Source of the DNA: Bacteroides uniformis
GTDB taxonomy: Bacteria; Bacillota_I; Bacilli_A; RFN20; CAG-288
DNA length: 64,000 nucleotides
Assembly (NCBI GenBank): GCA_963600815.1
Contig: CAVCCX010000002.1
Location: forward strand, 16,033-80,032
Direction of reading: 5' to 3'
In this document: in pieces, positions 9,854 to 20,394 of the stretch
Numbering within the stretch: position 1 is the first letter of the stretch
Layout: the number at the start of each line of letters is the position of its first letter
Program-made: the position numbers and the translations under genes
Notes under the pieces: model-generated
Seen by the model: only the letters and a program-made list of their open reading frames with translations
Databases searched by the model: none
Told to the model about the DNA's origin: nothing

Positions 9854-11763
9854 TGTCCCAAATCCAATTGATGAAGCCAGAGCTGGCAAACCTCATTGCC
9901 GCTGGCGAAGTGATTGAACGTCCGGCCAGCGTCATCAAGGAATTGGTCGAAAATGCCATCGATGCCAAAGCCAAGAATATCTATATCGGTGTCACCGATG
10001 CCGGAAAAGGCACGATTCTTGTCAAAGATGATGGAACCGGCATGGATCGAGAAGATGCCAAGACCTGTTTTCTAAGACATGCCTCGAGCAAGATCAAGAC
10101 AGAATACGATCTCAACCGAATCCGAACGCTCGGATTCCGCGGCGAGGCCATTCCTTCCATCGCAGCGGTCAGCAAGGTGAAATTGACAACCGCTATCGAA
10201 AATGCGGAGTGCGGCACCCTTGTCGAATCCACACCCAATGAGGAACTTCAGGTTTCCGATACCCTCAATCGGAAAGGCACCATCTTTGAAGTCCGCGATC
10301 TTTTCTATAACACACCCGCCCGACTCAAATATCTCAAGTCCCAGAAAGTCGAGACCTATAGCATCATCGAAACAGTCGAGCATCTCGCTTTGGGCTTCCC
10401 TTCTGTCTCGATTTCCTTAGCCATCGACGGAAAGGAAATCTTCAAGACGAGCGGACGCGGTGACTTATTGGAAACCATCCAGAAGATCTATGGCAATGTC
10501 ATTGCCCAGTCTCTCTATCCGATCAAGAAAGAAGGCATCGCCTATTCCTTCTTTGGCTATATTGCCAAACCGGAAATCAACTATTCCAGAAGGAAGGATA
10601 TGCTTACCTTCCTAAACAATCGCTGCATCTACGACTATAAGATCAACAAAGGAATCGAAGACGCCTATAAGGACTATCTTCCCCCTTTAAGATATCCTTT
10701 CTGCATCATCAATCTCCAGCTGGATTCCTCCTTGGTGGATGTCAATGTCCATCCAACCAAGAAAGAAGTCCGTATCTCTATGGAAGAGGAGATTGCAAGA
10801 GATGTCAAAGAAGAAGTCTTGAAGACACTCGACTATAAAAAGCCGATCTATTTTGCAAGCGAAGACAAGAAAGCCGAATCGCTCATGGTCGAAGAAGATG
10901 CCTTTGACATCTCCGACCTTCAGCAAAATGACTTAGAAAAAGCCAAGGAAAGCCAGGACTATTCCACCATCCATCCCGTCGAAAAATCCCCCATCCCAGA
11001 ATATGTCCAGGATTCTCTTCCTTTTGAGCCGACCTATGAACTAAGAAGTCCACACGTCTCCGGAAATGAAAAGAAAGAAGAATTTTCTTCTTCTGTTCCA
11101 CCAAGTGAAAAGCCTCAGGCGGAATATACCTCCACAGACTACTATTCCACCATCTTCGAAAAGGAGAATATTTCCTATCAGCTTCCCGAGATGCATCCGA
11201 TCGGTCAGGTACTGCAGACCTATGTTCTTTGTGATGGCATCGACTGCTTCTATATCCTCGACCAGCATGCCGCAGCCGAAAGAGTCAATTATGAAAAAAC
11301 CGAAGCCCTCTTCAAAAGCATAAGAAGCCGGATTGTTCCTCTTTTCCCAATCACAGTGGAACTCACCTACAAGGAAAGACTCAACTATGATGAAGAACAT
11401 ATCAATCGTCTAGCCTCCATCGGCATCAAAGTCGAGGAATTCGGAGGAAATTCCATCAAGGTCACCGAGATTCCTTCCTTTCTCAATGAAAAGAACGATG
11501 AGGAGGTCATTCTCGATTGTGTCCATTCCTGTCTGAACAATGAAACGGCCGATCCCATCAGCCTTCTTCATCTGACGATTGCCAATATCGCCTGCAAGAA
11601 ATCCATCAAGGCGAACCATCATATGTCTCTCTTTGAAATCGAAGCCCTGCTCAAAGATCTTGCCAAATGCAAGAATCCGGCCAATTGTCCCCATGGAAGA
11701 CCGACCATCATCAAGATTACGAAAGCCGATGTCGAGAAAATGTTTAGGAGAACCGGATTTTGA
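9853..11763 (+). CDS. mutL: DNA mismatch repair protein MutL
   Basis: GHKL ATPase N-terminus LIAAGEVIERPASVIKELVENAIDA and C-terminal dimerisation region with QHAAAERV. TAATG overlap with mutS, SD gaagagg. Confidence 0.95.
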   Translation: MSQIQLMKPELANLIAAGEVIERPASVIKELVENAIDAKAKNIYIGVTDAGKGTILVKDDGTGMDREDAKTCFLRHASSKIKTEYDLNRIRTLGFRGEAIPSIAAVSKVKLTTAIENAECGTLVESTPNEELQVSDTLNRKGTIFEVRDLFYNTPARLKYLKSQKVETYSIIETVEHLALGFPSVSISLAIDGKEIFKTSGRGDLLETIQKIYGNVIAQSLYPIKKEGIAYSFFGYIAKPEINYSRRKDMLTFLNNRCIYDYKINKGIEDAYKDYLPPLRYPFCIINLQLDSSLVDVNVHPTKKEVRISMEEEIARDVKEEVLKTLDYKKPIYFASEDKKAESLMVEEDAFDISDLQQNDLEKAKESQDYSTIHPVEKSPIPEYVQDSLPFEPTYELRSPHVSGNEKKEEFSSSVPPSEKPQAEYTSTDYYSTIFEKENISYQLPEMHPIGQVLQTYVLCDGIDCFYILDQHAAAERVNYEKTEALFKSIRSRIVPLFPITVELTYKERLNYDEEHINRLASIGIKVEEFGGNSIKVTEIPSFLNEKNDEEVILDCVHSCLNNETADPISLLHLTIANIACKKSIKANHHMSLFEIEALLKDLAKCKNPANCPHGRPTIIKITKADVEKMFRRTGF

Positions 11764-12641
11764 TTTACTGTTTGCTTGGCCAGACGGCCAGCGGAAAGAC
11801 CTCCCTTGCCCTGAAGCTGGCAAAGGAATTCTCCTTGCCTGTCATTTCCGCCGATGCCTATCAATGCTATAAGATCATGCAGATTGGAACCGATAAGCCC
11901 TCAAGAGAGGAAATCGGTTCTATTCCGTATTATTTTTATGATGAATATGAACCGGATGAAGATGTCTCCGTCTATGATTTCCAGCAGAAATGCCGCCCCA
12001 TCTTAGAAAAATATATCCAGGAAGGAAAAGATATCCTTGTGGTCGGGGGAAATTTCCTTTATGTCAAAGCACTTCTTTTCAACTATGTCTTCCAAAAAGA
12101 AGACCAGAAAAGAAAAAGTCCCTATGAGGATATGTCTCTAAGTGAGATGCAGAAGATTCTCAAGGAAAAATCTTTGGAAACCTACAAGTCAATCGATATA
12201 CAAAACCCTCGAAGAGTCCTTCGTGCCCTTGTCCAATTGGATGAAGGAACATCCAAAAGGGAAATCAAGGAACAGAATTCCGGCATGCCCCTCTATCCTT
12301 GTGAATTCTATTGCCTGAATATCGATAAAGAGGAAGGGAATCGGAAAATTGATCAAAGAATCGATTCGATGGTCAAAAACGGCCTTGTGGAGGAAGTGAC
12401 TACCCTCTATCAGAAATATAATGAAAATTCCCGTCCATTCACCACCATCGGATATATCGAAATCATCCAGGCCATCAAGGAGAAGAGAGAAGTCGATTCC
12501 TCCGTAATCGACCTCATCAAGATCCACACCCATCAGTATGCGAAAAAGCAGAGAACCTTCCTTAAACACCAGTTTCCTTCCATCACCAGCGGAAGCAAAG
12601 ATGAAATCGAAGAAATCCTGCGTCAAAAAATGAAAAGATAA
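11760..12641 (+). CDS. miaA: tRNA dimethylallyltransferase
   Basis: P-loop GQTASGKTSLAL and IISADAYQCYK..IGTDKP. TTG start overlaps the mutL stop and is preceded by aggag. Confidence 0.9.
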   Translation: MIYCLLGQTASGKTSLALKLAKEFSLPVISADAYQCYKIMQIGTDKPSREEIGSIPYYFYDEYEPDEDVSVYDFQQKCRPILEKYIQEGKDILVVGGNFLYVKALLFNYVFQKEDQKRKSPYEDMSLSEMQKILKEKSLETYKSIDIQNPRRVLRALVQLDEGTSKREIKEQNSGMPLYPCEFYCLNIDKEEGNRKIDQRIDSMVKNGLVEEVTTLYQKYNENSRPFTTIGYIEIIQAIKEKREVDSSVIDLIKIHTHQYAKKQRTFLKHQFPSITSGSKDEIEEILRQKMKR

Positions 12642-12657
12642 TCTTCTTTTCATTTTT
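12630..12657 (+). terminator. Rho-independent terminator after miaA
   Basis: Perfect 9-bp stem atgaaaaga/tcttttcat with the stop codon in the loop, followed by tttt. Confidence 0.7.
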
Positions 12658-12695
12658 CGATTCCATTACAATAGTACAAGCGAGGAGACCCTATC

Positions 12696-14300
12696 ATGAA
12701 CAAAGAGTATGACATCAAGCCGATCTGTGAAGAATTAGGCCTCAGTGAAGACAATTTGATCTACTATGGAAGAGATAAGGCAAAAATCGATTTGGACAGT
12801 CTTCCTTCCGATCTGAAAAGAAAAGGAAAACTGATTCTGACAACCGCCATCACCCCGACAAAGGCCGGCGAAGGAAAGACAACGACCGCCATCGGTCTTG
12901 CCGACGGACTCAAAGCCTTGTCCTACAATGCCATGGCTGTCTTAAGAGAGCCATCCTTAGGTCCTGTCTTCGGTGTGAAGGGAGGCGGTGCCGGAGGTGG
13001 AGAGGAAACCCTCTATCCGGAAGAAGACATCAACCTTCATTTCACCGGTGATATGCATGCCATCACCTCTGCCAACAACCTGATTGCCGCCTTGATCGAC
13101 AACGAACTTTTCCAGCAGTCGAGCCTCAACGTGGATCCAGAAAAAATCGTCTTCCCACGCTGCATGGATATGAATGACCGCTCGTTAAGAGATATCGAAA
13201 CATCCCTCAATGACAAGAAAGCCATTCCCCATCCATCCCATTTTGTCATCACAGCCGCCAGTGAAATCATGGCGATATTCGCTCTCTGCAAGAATGAGGA
13301 AGATTTCCTCGACCGTGTGGAGAACATTCTTGTTGCCTACTCCAAGGAAGGAAATCCGATTTTTGTCAAGCAGCTCGAATGCCGCAATGCCATCAAAAAG
13401 CTGATGCATACCGCCTTGAACCCAAACCTAGTCCAGACGAAATATCATACGCCAGTTCTTGTCCACGGTGGACCTTTTGCCAATATCGCCCATGGAACCA
13501 ATTCCATCATCGCCACTGACTTAGCCCTGAAGCTCTCTGATTATGTCATCACAGAGAGCGGATTTGGAAGCGACCTCGGCATGGAAAAATATATGGATAT
13601 TGTTTCCCCATTGGGTGGATTCCATCCGGATGCCGTCGTGCTTGTCTGCTCGATCCGCGCACTGAAGCTTCATGGCGGTGTCAAGTTCGAAGATCTGAGC
13701 CAGGAGAATGTCGAAGCGACAAAAACTGGATTAGCCAATTTGCAGAAACATATCGAGAATGTTCAAGCGTTCCACGTTCCTGTCGTCGTCGGAATCAACC
13801 AGTTCAAGGATGACAGCGAAAAGGAAATCGAAATCGTCGAAGACTATCTTTTGAAGAACAAAATTCCTTATAGCCTCAATTCCTCCTATGTCGATGGTCC
13901 GAAAGGTGCTCTTGATTTAGCCAAGAAGGTTGTCAATACCCTCGATAAGGAAGAATGCCATTATGAACCTCTTGTCTCGTCTGACATGAATCTTGAAGAG
14001 AAAATCGAGAAGATTGCCCACACCATGTATGGGGCAAAGAATGTCGAATATGCTCCTGAAGTCCTTGAGGAACTCCACCATCTCGAAAACAGCGACTTCA
14101 GGAATTTCAACATCTGCGTCTCCAAAGTCCCGAATTCCTTGAGCGATGACCCCCATGCCCTCAATGTCCCTACTGGACATACCCTCCATGTGAAGAAACT
14201 GCGTCTTTTCACAGGCGCCCAGTTTGTCGTTCCGCTCACAGGGGATATCTTCACCATGCCTGGACTTCCAAAAGTTCCGGCAAGCAAGAAAATGAACTGA
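12696..14300 (+). CDS. fhs: Formate--tetrahydrofolate ligase
   Basis: ITPTKAGEGKTTTAIGL P-loop block and overall FTHFS-like sequence. SD gaggag upstream. Confidence 0.95.
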   Translation: MNKEYDIKPICEELGLSEDNLIYYGRDKAKIDLDSLPSDLKRKGKLILTTAITPTKAGEGKTTTAIGLADGLKALSYNAMAVLREPSLGPVFGVKGGGAGGGEETLYPEEDINLHFTGDMHAITSANNLIAALIDNELFQQSSLNVDPEKIVFPRCMDMNDRSLRDIETSLNDKKAIPHPSHFVITAASEIMAIFALCKNEEDFLDRVENILVAYSKEGNPIFVKQLECRNAIKKLMHTALNPNLVQTKYHTPVLVHGGPFANIAHGTNSIIATDLALKLSDYVITESGFGSDLGMEKYMDIVSPLGGFHPDAVVLVCSIRALKLHGGVKFEDLSQENVEATKTGLANLQKHIENVQAFHVPVVVGINQFKDDSEKEIEIVEDYLLKNKIPYSLNSSYVDGPKGALDLAKKVVNTLDKEECHYEPLVSSDMNLEEKIEKIAHTMYGAKNVEYAPEVLEELHHLENSDFRNFNICVSKVPNSLSDDPHALNVPTGHTLHVKKLRLFTGAQFVVPLTGDIFTMPGLPKVPASKKMN

Positions 14301-14301
14301 T

Positions 14302-15105
14302 ATGAAAATCCTATCCGGAAAAGAAATCCGTCCTCTTTTGAAAGAAGAAATCCAAAAAGAACTCAAGGATGTCTCTCTTTCTTTCTATCTCTATTCCAAT
14401 AAAGAGGACTACCCCTCCCAGGCCTATCTTAACAGCATCAAGAAAATGCTCTCTTCCTTCTCAATTCCCTATTCAGAAGGGTTCATCGATTCAAAAAAAG
14501 ACAAGGAAGACAATCTTTCTCTCTTCAAAAAGGAAAGCGAAGGAAAAAGCATTCTGATGGCTCGCCCTCTCAAAGTCGATTATGAAAAGGAATTTCTTTC
14601 CTTGATTCCTTCCAACCAGGATCCAGATATGCTTACAAACGACAATCGCGGATACCTCTTCTCTGGAGACCTCGACTATCTCACCGCGACAAGTCAATCC
14701 GTCAGAAGGATTCTCTCCTACTATCAGATTCCTGTCGAAGGAAAAAAGGCGGTCGTTCTAGGAAGAAGCACGGAGGTCGGCTATCCCTGCTTCCAGCTTC
14801 TCAACAAAATGAATGCGGCGACCACGCTTCTTCATTCAAAAGTGGATGAAAAGATGATTCAGGACTATGTCAAGGAAGCCGACATCCTTATTCTGGCCAC
14901 CGGAAAAAGTGGACTCATCAAAGAAGAAAGCCTCCATCCCTCCCTGAGCATCCTCGATTGTGGATTCAACCCCAATGGCGGTGACCTGGGATTCATACCA
15001 AAGGAAGATTCCATTTCAGCCTACACCCCAGTTCCTGGCGGTGTTGGAGCCCTGACTTCCTATTGTCTCTTGCTCAACGCAATTCACCTCAAGAAGAAAA
15101 AATAA
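14302..15105 (+). CDS. folD: Bifunctional methylenetetrahydrofolate dehydrogenase/cyclohydrolase (divergent FolD)
   Basis: C-terminal TPVPGGVGALT, Rossmann GKKAVVLGRSTEVG, and YLNSIKK (Y..K). The usual KDVDGF block reads QDPDML. Adjacent to fhs. Confidence 0.75.
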   Translation: MKILSGKEIRPLLKEEIQKELKDVSLSFYLYSNKEDYPSQAYLNSIKKMLSSFSIPYSEGFIDSKKDKEDNLSLFKKESEGKSILMARPLKVDYEKEFLSLIPSNQDPDMLTNDNRGYLFSGDLDYLTATSQSVRRILSYYQIPVEGKKAVVLGRSTEVGYPCFQLLNKMNAATTLLHSKVDEKMIQDYVKEADILILATGKSGLIKEESLHPSLSILDCGFNPNGGDLGFIPKEDSISAYTPVPGGVGALTSYCLLLNAIHLKKKK

Positions 15106-15111
15106 ACCTTT

Positions 15112-15156
15112 GCATAACAGAATTTGACAGATTGTCGATTCTGTTATGCCTTTTTT
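15112..15156 (+). terminator. Rho-independent terminator after folD
   Basis: 12-bp stem gcataacagaat/attctgttatgc with a 14-nt loop, followed by c-tttttt. Confidence 0.85.
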
Positions 15157-15214
15157 CATTTCTTTCGAAATTTTCACCCTCTTTCGAACCATATATAAGT
15201 AGGGAGGGAAAGAA

Positions 15215-17176
15215 ATGTCTATCCAAATTCAAAATGTCAATTTCTCTTATGGAGATCATGTGATTTTTTCTGGTCTAACTCTTCTTCTGCCAGAAAATGG
15301 ATTCGTGCTGCTCTTAGGTCCCTCGGGCAGCGGAAAGACAACCTTTCTCTCCCTGTTGAATAAAACATTGCTTCCGGAAAGTGGAACCATCACGATGGAT
15401 TCCACGCCGAGCTGTGTTTTCCAAAGTCCGCTTCTCCTTCCTTATCTCACAGTCGAAGAAAATATCGCCTTGCCTCTTCTTTTTGAAGGATATGATCTCA
15501 TAGATGCCCTAAAAGAAGTCAATCCTTATCTAAAAAGACTCGGTCTGGAAAACCTGAAAGACAAATTGCCAGGCCAACTAAGCGGTGGAGAATGTGTCCG
15601 GGTTTCCATCTGCCGTGGACTCATCAAAGGAGAGAAGATTCTGATTCTGGATGAACCGACCGGACAGCTTGATGAAATGAATTCAGCAAACATCTATCAG
15701 CTCTTAAAAGAACTCTCCAAAGATCATCTCATCATCCTTGTCTCCCATGATGAAATCCGGGCAAGCGAAAATGCCGATTTCATCTATATGCTCAAAAACA
15801 AGAGAATCGAATTGCTCAAGCAGTCAAGGATTCCACAAGGTGAGAAAAAAGAAGAAATCCTTCCAAGGGGAAAAAAGATGATGAGCATGAAAACCTCCTT
15901 CTTTCTCAACCTGAGGTTTCTTAGGATGAAAAAGAAACGCACCTTCTTTTCCATCCTCTTTCTCTCTCTGAACTGCCTTCTTCTCTACCTTGGACTGAAT
16001 CTGAATTTCCATATGGATACAAGCATCAACTCTCTGGTCCAGGAATACTATGCCTATAACACCTTTTCCATCTCCATGGTCGAGGAAGTCGCTTCTTCAG
16101 GAAACCTGCATCTAAAGAAAAATAGCATTCCATCGGATGAGGTTCTTTCGATACTCAACCTGAAAAAAGTTCATTATTCCCTCGACTATTTCATTCCGAC
16201 CGCCTATGAAATCAACCTGAACAAGAAAACATTCACCTCTTCGATCTATCCATTCATGGAAGAAGAAAAAGAAAGGCTCAAGATAGGGAAGACCACTTCC
16301 AAAGAGACGGATATCATCGTCAATCCCTCTTTTGTAAAGGAAACAGGACTGAATGAAAAAGAGATTCTCAATCGGAAAATCCATTTCTCGAGAGAGATTC
16401 TTCTCTACAGCACGAAATTCAAAGCGGAGGATCCTTTCCGGCTCGACTTTGATTTCACCATCGTTGGCATCTCTAAGGAAAAAGAAGCCTTCAACAAGCC
16501 GATCCTCTATTATCCCTACGAGAAGATGCTCCTTTCCTTTCGTGAGATCGAACTGACGAACATCAGCGAGGAACTCGACAGAAACAAGAGTCTCTATGAT
16601 CTCATCCTGGATAGCGACTATGACCAGGATGACTTCAAAAGCAATTGCCTTTATGCAGAAAACGAGAACCCAGAAAGAATCTCCATTCTCAGCAATCACT
16701 ATTTCAAGAAAAATGTCAAAATCAACTCACCCTCCATGGACATGAAAGAAAGCACAAAAGACATCCTTTCTTCTCTTTTGAAGGTATTATCTCTTTTTCT
16801 TCTTTTGAACACTCTATCCTGCGTCATGCTGGAATTTTTATCTGTCTATTCATTGTATGAAGATCAGATTCGTCTTTTTGCCCTCTTGAAAGCTTTCAGC
16901 ACGAAAAAGAATCTCGGAAGGCTTGTCTTTGGCTTGGCATGGATTTTTATTTTCTTCTCCCTTTTCATGACCTTTGTGTTTTCTCTTTTCTCTGCGACAA
17001 TCATCAACTCGATTCTTCAGAAAAACAACCTTGTCCGTTTTCTATCCTTCTTTGATGCGAAAGCATTTTTCTTGATCATCCTTTTAACCATCCTCTGCTG
17101 CTTCCTTGCTTCTTTCCTGCCTCTAAGAAAAATCAAGGATTCGAGAATCAATAAGGAACTGGAGGGAGAAGACTGA
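15215..17176 (+). CDS. Fused ABC transporter ATP-binding / FtsX-type permease protein
   Basis: Walker A GPSGSGKTT, signature LSGGECVRV, Walker B ILILDEPT. These are followed by a TM helix, an extracytoplasmic region of about 255 aa, and a C-terminal FtsX-like TM bundle. Confidence 0.85.
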   Translation: MSIQIQNVNFSYGDHVIFSGLTLLLPENGFVLLLGPSGSGKTTFLSLLNKTLLPESGTITMDSTPSCVFQSPLLLPYLTVEENIALPLLFEGYDLIDALKEVNPYLKRLGLENLKDKLPGQLSGGECVRVSICRGLIKGEKILILDEPTGQLDEMNSANIYQLLKELSKDHLIILVSHDEIRASENADFIYMLKNKRIELLKQSRIPQGEKKEEILPRGKKMMSMKTSFFLNLRFLRMKKKRTFFSILFLSLNCLLLYLGLNLNFHMDTSINSLVQEYYAYNTFSISMVEEVASSGNLHLKKNSIPSDEVLSILNLKKVHYSLDYFIPTAYEINLNKKTFTSSIYPFMEEEKERLKIGKTTSKETDIIVNPSFVKETGLNEKEILNRKIHFSREILLYSTKFKAEDPFRLDFDFTIVGISKEKEAFNKPILYYPYEKMLLSFREIELTNISEELDRNKSLYDLILDSDYDQDDFKSNCLYAENENPERISILSNHYFKKNVKINSPSMDMKESTKDILSSLLKVLSLFLLLNTLSCVMLEFLSVYSLYEDQIRLFALLKAFSTKKNLGRLVFGLAWIFIFFSLFMTFVFSLFSATIINSILQKNNLVRFLSFFDAKAFFLIILLTILCCFLASFLPLRKIKDSRINKELEGED

Positions 17177-20001
17177 TGTTTGAAATCGTCCACCTGAAAA
17201 AGAGATATCCATCCAACAAAGAGGACACTTTGAAGGACATCTCGCTTACTCTTCCCAGTCATGGCCTATTCTATTTCATCGGGAAATCCGGGGCTGGGAA
17301 ATCTACCCTGATTCAGCTTCTCGGACTTGCCGATGAAGACTATAAAGGAAAAATACTTTTCAATGGAAAAGACCTAAAGGAATTCACCGAAGAGGAAAAA
17401 GCCAATTATCGTTTTGCGGACGTTTCCTTTGTCTTCCAATCCTATCATGCCGAAGATAAAGAGAGCGTCAAAGAAAATCTTCTCAAGATTTTCGCAATCA
17501 CTTCCCTCTCCAAAAAAGAAAAGAACGAAAAAATCAAAGAGGCTCTAAGCCTTGTCGATCTCCCCGAAAAGGAAAACCAGCTCTTCAAGAATCTATCCGG
17601 CGGCGAGAAAAAAAGAATCGCCTTGGCAAGAGGCATCCTGAAGGAATCCAAAGTCCTCCTTGTGGATGAGCCTTTAGCCAATCTCAACGCGGATCTAAGG
17701 AAGAAAATGACAAAGGTCCTCCAAAAAGAAAGTGAAAGAAGACTCGTAATCATCATCACCCATGAAAAAGAAGAGATTCCAGATAGTACCACCATCTATG
17801 AAATGACAAATGGAAGAATCCATGAAAAAAGAAGAGGCGTTCTTCCACCCAAGAGAGAAGAAAAGGAAAACTATCAGAGACGAAAATATGGATTCAGGGA
17901 AATGCTTCATCCCCTTTGGATTGCCTTGAAGATCAAAAGGGAATTTCTTGTCATCACCCTCTTTGCCTTGATGGTCGGACTCTTTTCCATCTCCTTTTCC
18001 TTTCAGCTGAGTTCGAATGTCTCTACGGCGATGCAGAAATCGATGCAGAGCTATATGGATGAAAATTGCATGGTCGTCTCAAAGAAAGACAATTCCTTAT
18101 CCTCAACCTCTTTTGAGAATCCAGATTATGCCACACTCAACCGGCTCAGAAGAAATCATTCCTCTTATATCCTCGGTATCACCTCCTTCTATCAGACCGG
18201 TTTTGATGAAATCTTCAATGACAGCCAGCTCATGAGCATCCAGTTCAACCGAAAATCGCTGAATCTCGAGAAACTCTCTCTCAACTCATTTTTGGAATAT
18301 CGCATGCCTGAAGAAGTCATTGAGAAAACAATTTATACTGATTTATCAAGCATGTCGGAAGAAGATATCATCCTTGCTCTTGATGAAAACCAGATTATCG
18401 CCCTCTATTCCATGATGTTCGATACTCGAATCCATCAAGTCAGCGAAGAAGACATGGAAAAATTAGCCAGGCAGATTGAAAACAATCTCGTCCAGTTCCG
18501 TATCCAGGCCGATAAGGTCGACTGGCGCTACAATATGGATTACCTCTATCGGGTCAAGGGAATCATCCTGGACAAGAAGAATTACCTGATCAACCCAAGT
18601 GAGACGTTCGCCAATCATTTTGTCATGGATATCATGCATTTTGAGGAAATCAATGTCGATGAGGATATCGATGAGAAAAAGCCCTGGACACTGAAAAAAT
18701 ATGATGGCTATCGACTCAAAAACAACACGTCTGGCGAATTCCTGAAATCCTTTCTTGAGGACAAGGAAGCCAATGACTATACGCTTGAGATGTTCAAGAC
18801 ACCCAACTACTATGAAAAGAATGATGTGACAACCCACAATCATGTCTTAGTTGTCAAAGACTATCTTCCCAAGATTCATCTTGATGAAATAAATGATTTC
18901 ATCAAGGAAAATCAAAAAGACATCCAAGGCATCAATTATTCCTCCCCTGTCTATACCTACACAGCTTCAGGATACATCTCCGGGTTTGCCAAACCGTTCT
19001 TCTTTTCAAAATACAAGGAAAAACTCAACCAAATCGAAGATGATTCCACCTATAGCGAGAAGGATTTAGGCCAGCTTCAAGGTTCCCTCATCGAAGAGAT
19101 ACCCGGGGTCATCAAAGCCGATCTTCTCACCAGCATGAATCAGAAGGAAGGTCTCTCCTTCGTCAGTCTTGATCAGACGGCCCTCAAGCCCTACTATGGA
19201 AAGAATCCATCCCGCTATGATGAGATTGGAATTTCCAAAAAGATGGCGGAGACTCTTTTTTATTCGGCAACTGGTGCCCTTGGAAAGGATCTTTGCACTT
19301 TGACACTTGACCGCACTGTGAAGACCAATGGGCGATACAAAAACGAATTTACCCAGGGAAGCGTCAAAATCACCGGCATCTACGATTCAGAGAAAATCAG
19401 TATCTACCAGGATAGTCTTTTTCCCCTTTGCTATTCTTTTTCCTGTGGGGAATTGACCTGTCAGGAAACAAGAATCGAGCAAGTCATCCTCAAAACGGAC
19501 CTATCAAGCCATACAATCGAAGAATATCAGAATAGAATCCGAAAAAGCGGAGACTACACCGGTTCTTATCCGATGTACCTCATGATCCAGGAAATCAAGA
19601 AGACGCTCAATCGTCTTTCCTCGCTCTTTTTTGGCTTTGCCATCCTATCATTGATTTCCGCTTCCTGCCTCTTGCTTCTTTCCTTATATCTCATCATCAC
19701 CAAGGACAAAAAGGAAATCGGCATCCTTCTTTCCCTTGGCTATACCAAAAAGGAAATCTCCTCTTTCTACCTTCTTTTGAGCCAATCCATCGGATTTTTC
19801 GGCTTCATCGGTTCCCTTTTTCTTTCTTTATTGACGGAAGTCATTCTCAGCAAGACGCTGACAGACCTATTATCGAGTTATTCTTTTTCTATTATGCCAT
19901 TCTTGATTTCTTTTCTTGTCAGTTTCCTTCTGACAACCATGATTGGAACGCTTCTTTCAGGCAAACTGAAAAACGCGACCGTCATGGATGGATTCAGGTA
20001 A
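17176..20001 (+). CDS. Fused ABC transporter ATP-binding / FtsX-type permease protein with large extracytoplasmic domain
   Basis: Walker A GKSGAGKST, LSGGEKKRIALAR, VLLVDEP. These are followed by a TM helix, about 540 aa without TM segments, and FtsX-like KDKKEIGILLSLGYTKKEI with terminal TMs. ATGA overlap with the preceding gene. Confidence 0.85.
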   Translation: MFEIVHLKKRYPSNKEDTLKDISLTLPSHGLFYFIGKSGAGKSTLIQLLGLADEDYKGKILFNGKDLKEFTEEEKANYRFADVSFVFQSYHAEDKESVKENLLKIFAITSLSKKEKNEKIKEALSLVDLPEKENQLFKNLSGGEKKRIALARGILKESKVLLVDEPLANLNADLRKKMTKVLQKESERRLVIIITHEKEEIPDSTTIYEMTNGRIHEKRRGVLPPKREEKENYQRRKYGFREMLHPLWIALKIKREFLVITLFALMVGLFSISFSFQLSSNVSTAMQKSMQSYMDENCMVVSKKDNSLSSTSFENPDYATLNRLRRNHSSYILGITSFYQTGFDEIFNDSQLMSIQFNRKSLNLEKLSLNSFLEYRMPEEVIEKTIYTDLSSMSEEDIILALDENQIIALYSMMFDTRIHQVSEEDMEKLARQIENNLVQFRIQADKVDWRYNMDYLYRVKGIILDKKNYLINPSETFANHFVMDIMHFEEINVDEDIDEKKPWTLKKYDGYRLKNNTSGEFLKSFLEDKEANDYTLEMFKTPNYYEKNDVTTHNHVLVVKDYLPKIHLDEINDFIKENQKDIQGINYSSPVYTYTASGYISGFAKPFFFSKYKEKLNQIEDDSTYSEKDLGQLQGSLIEEIPGVIKADLLTSMNQKEGLSFVSLDQTALKPYYGKNPSRYDEIGISKKMAETLFYSATGALGKDLCTLTLDRTVKTNGRYKNEFTQGSVKITGIYDSEKISIYQDSLFPLCYSFSCGELTCQETRIEQVILKTDLSSHTIEEYQNRIRKSGDYTGSYPMYLMIQEIKKTLNRLSSLFFGFAILSLISASCLLLLSLYLIITKDKKEIGILLSLGYTKKEISSFYLLLSQSIGFFGFIGSLFLSLLTEVILSKTLTDLLSSYSFSIMPFLISFLVSFLLTTMIGTLLSGKLKNATVMDGFR

Positions 20002-20112
20002 AAGGGGTAACCGCTTACAGCAAAATCGGAAAAATTTTTATATCACATCAAAACAAAATATGATATATTTTTTAGAGCATTGAAGTGTCAATGCGAAGAA
20101 AGGGTTTAGACT

Positions 20113-20313
20113 ATGAAGGGTACTGTTAAAAAGTTCGACAAAGAAAAGGGCTATGGCTTCATCACTGGTGAAGATGGCAAGGATTATTTCTTCCATTACA
20201 GCCAGCTTATGATGGAAGGCTTCAAGACTGCCGAAGTCGGTCAGAAAGTTGATTATGAAGCAGCTTCGACCGAAAAGGGTCTCAGAGCCAACAACATCAA
20301 GTTCGCTGACTAA
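20113..20313 (+). CDS. csp: Cold-shock protein (CSD)
   Basis: 66 aa. GTVKKFDKEKGYGFI (RNP1-like) and DYFFHYS (RNP2-like). Confidence 0.95.
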   Translation: MKGTVKKFDKEKGYGFITGEDGKDYFFHYSQLMMEGFKTAEVGQKVDYEAASTEKGLRANNIKFAD

Positions 20314-20354
20314 TCCAAAGAACTTAGCTTTTCTACTTTTTAGATAATGCTAAT

Positions 20355-20386
20355 AAAAGGTCGCCTCTCTTCGGGCGACCTTTTTT
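20355..20386. terminator. Bidirectional terminator between csp and the convergent kinase gene
   Basis: aaaaggtcgcc/ggcgacctttt stem flanked by an A-run and a T-run. Confidence 0.85.
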
Positions 20387-20394
20387 GCTGTTCA

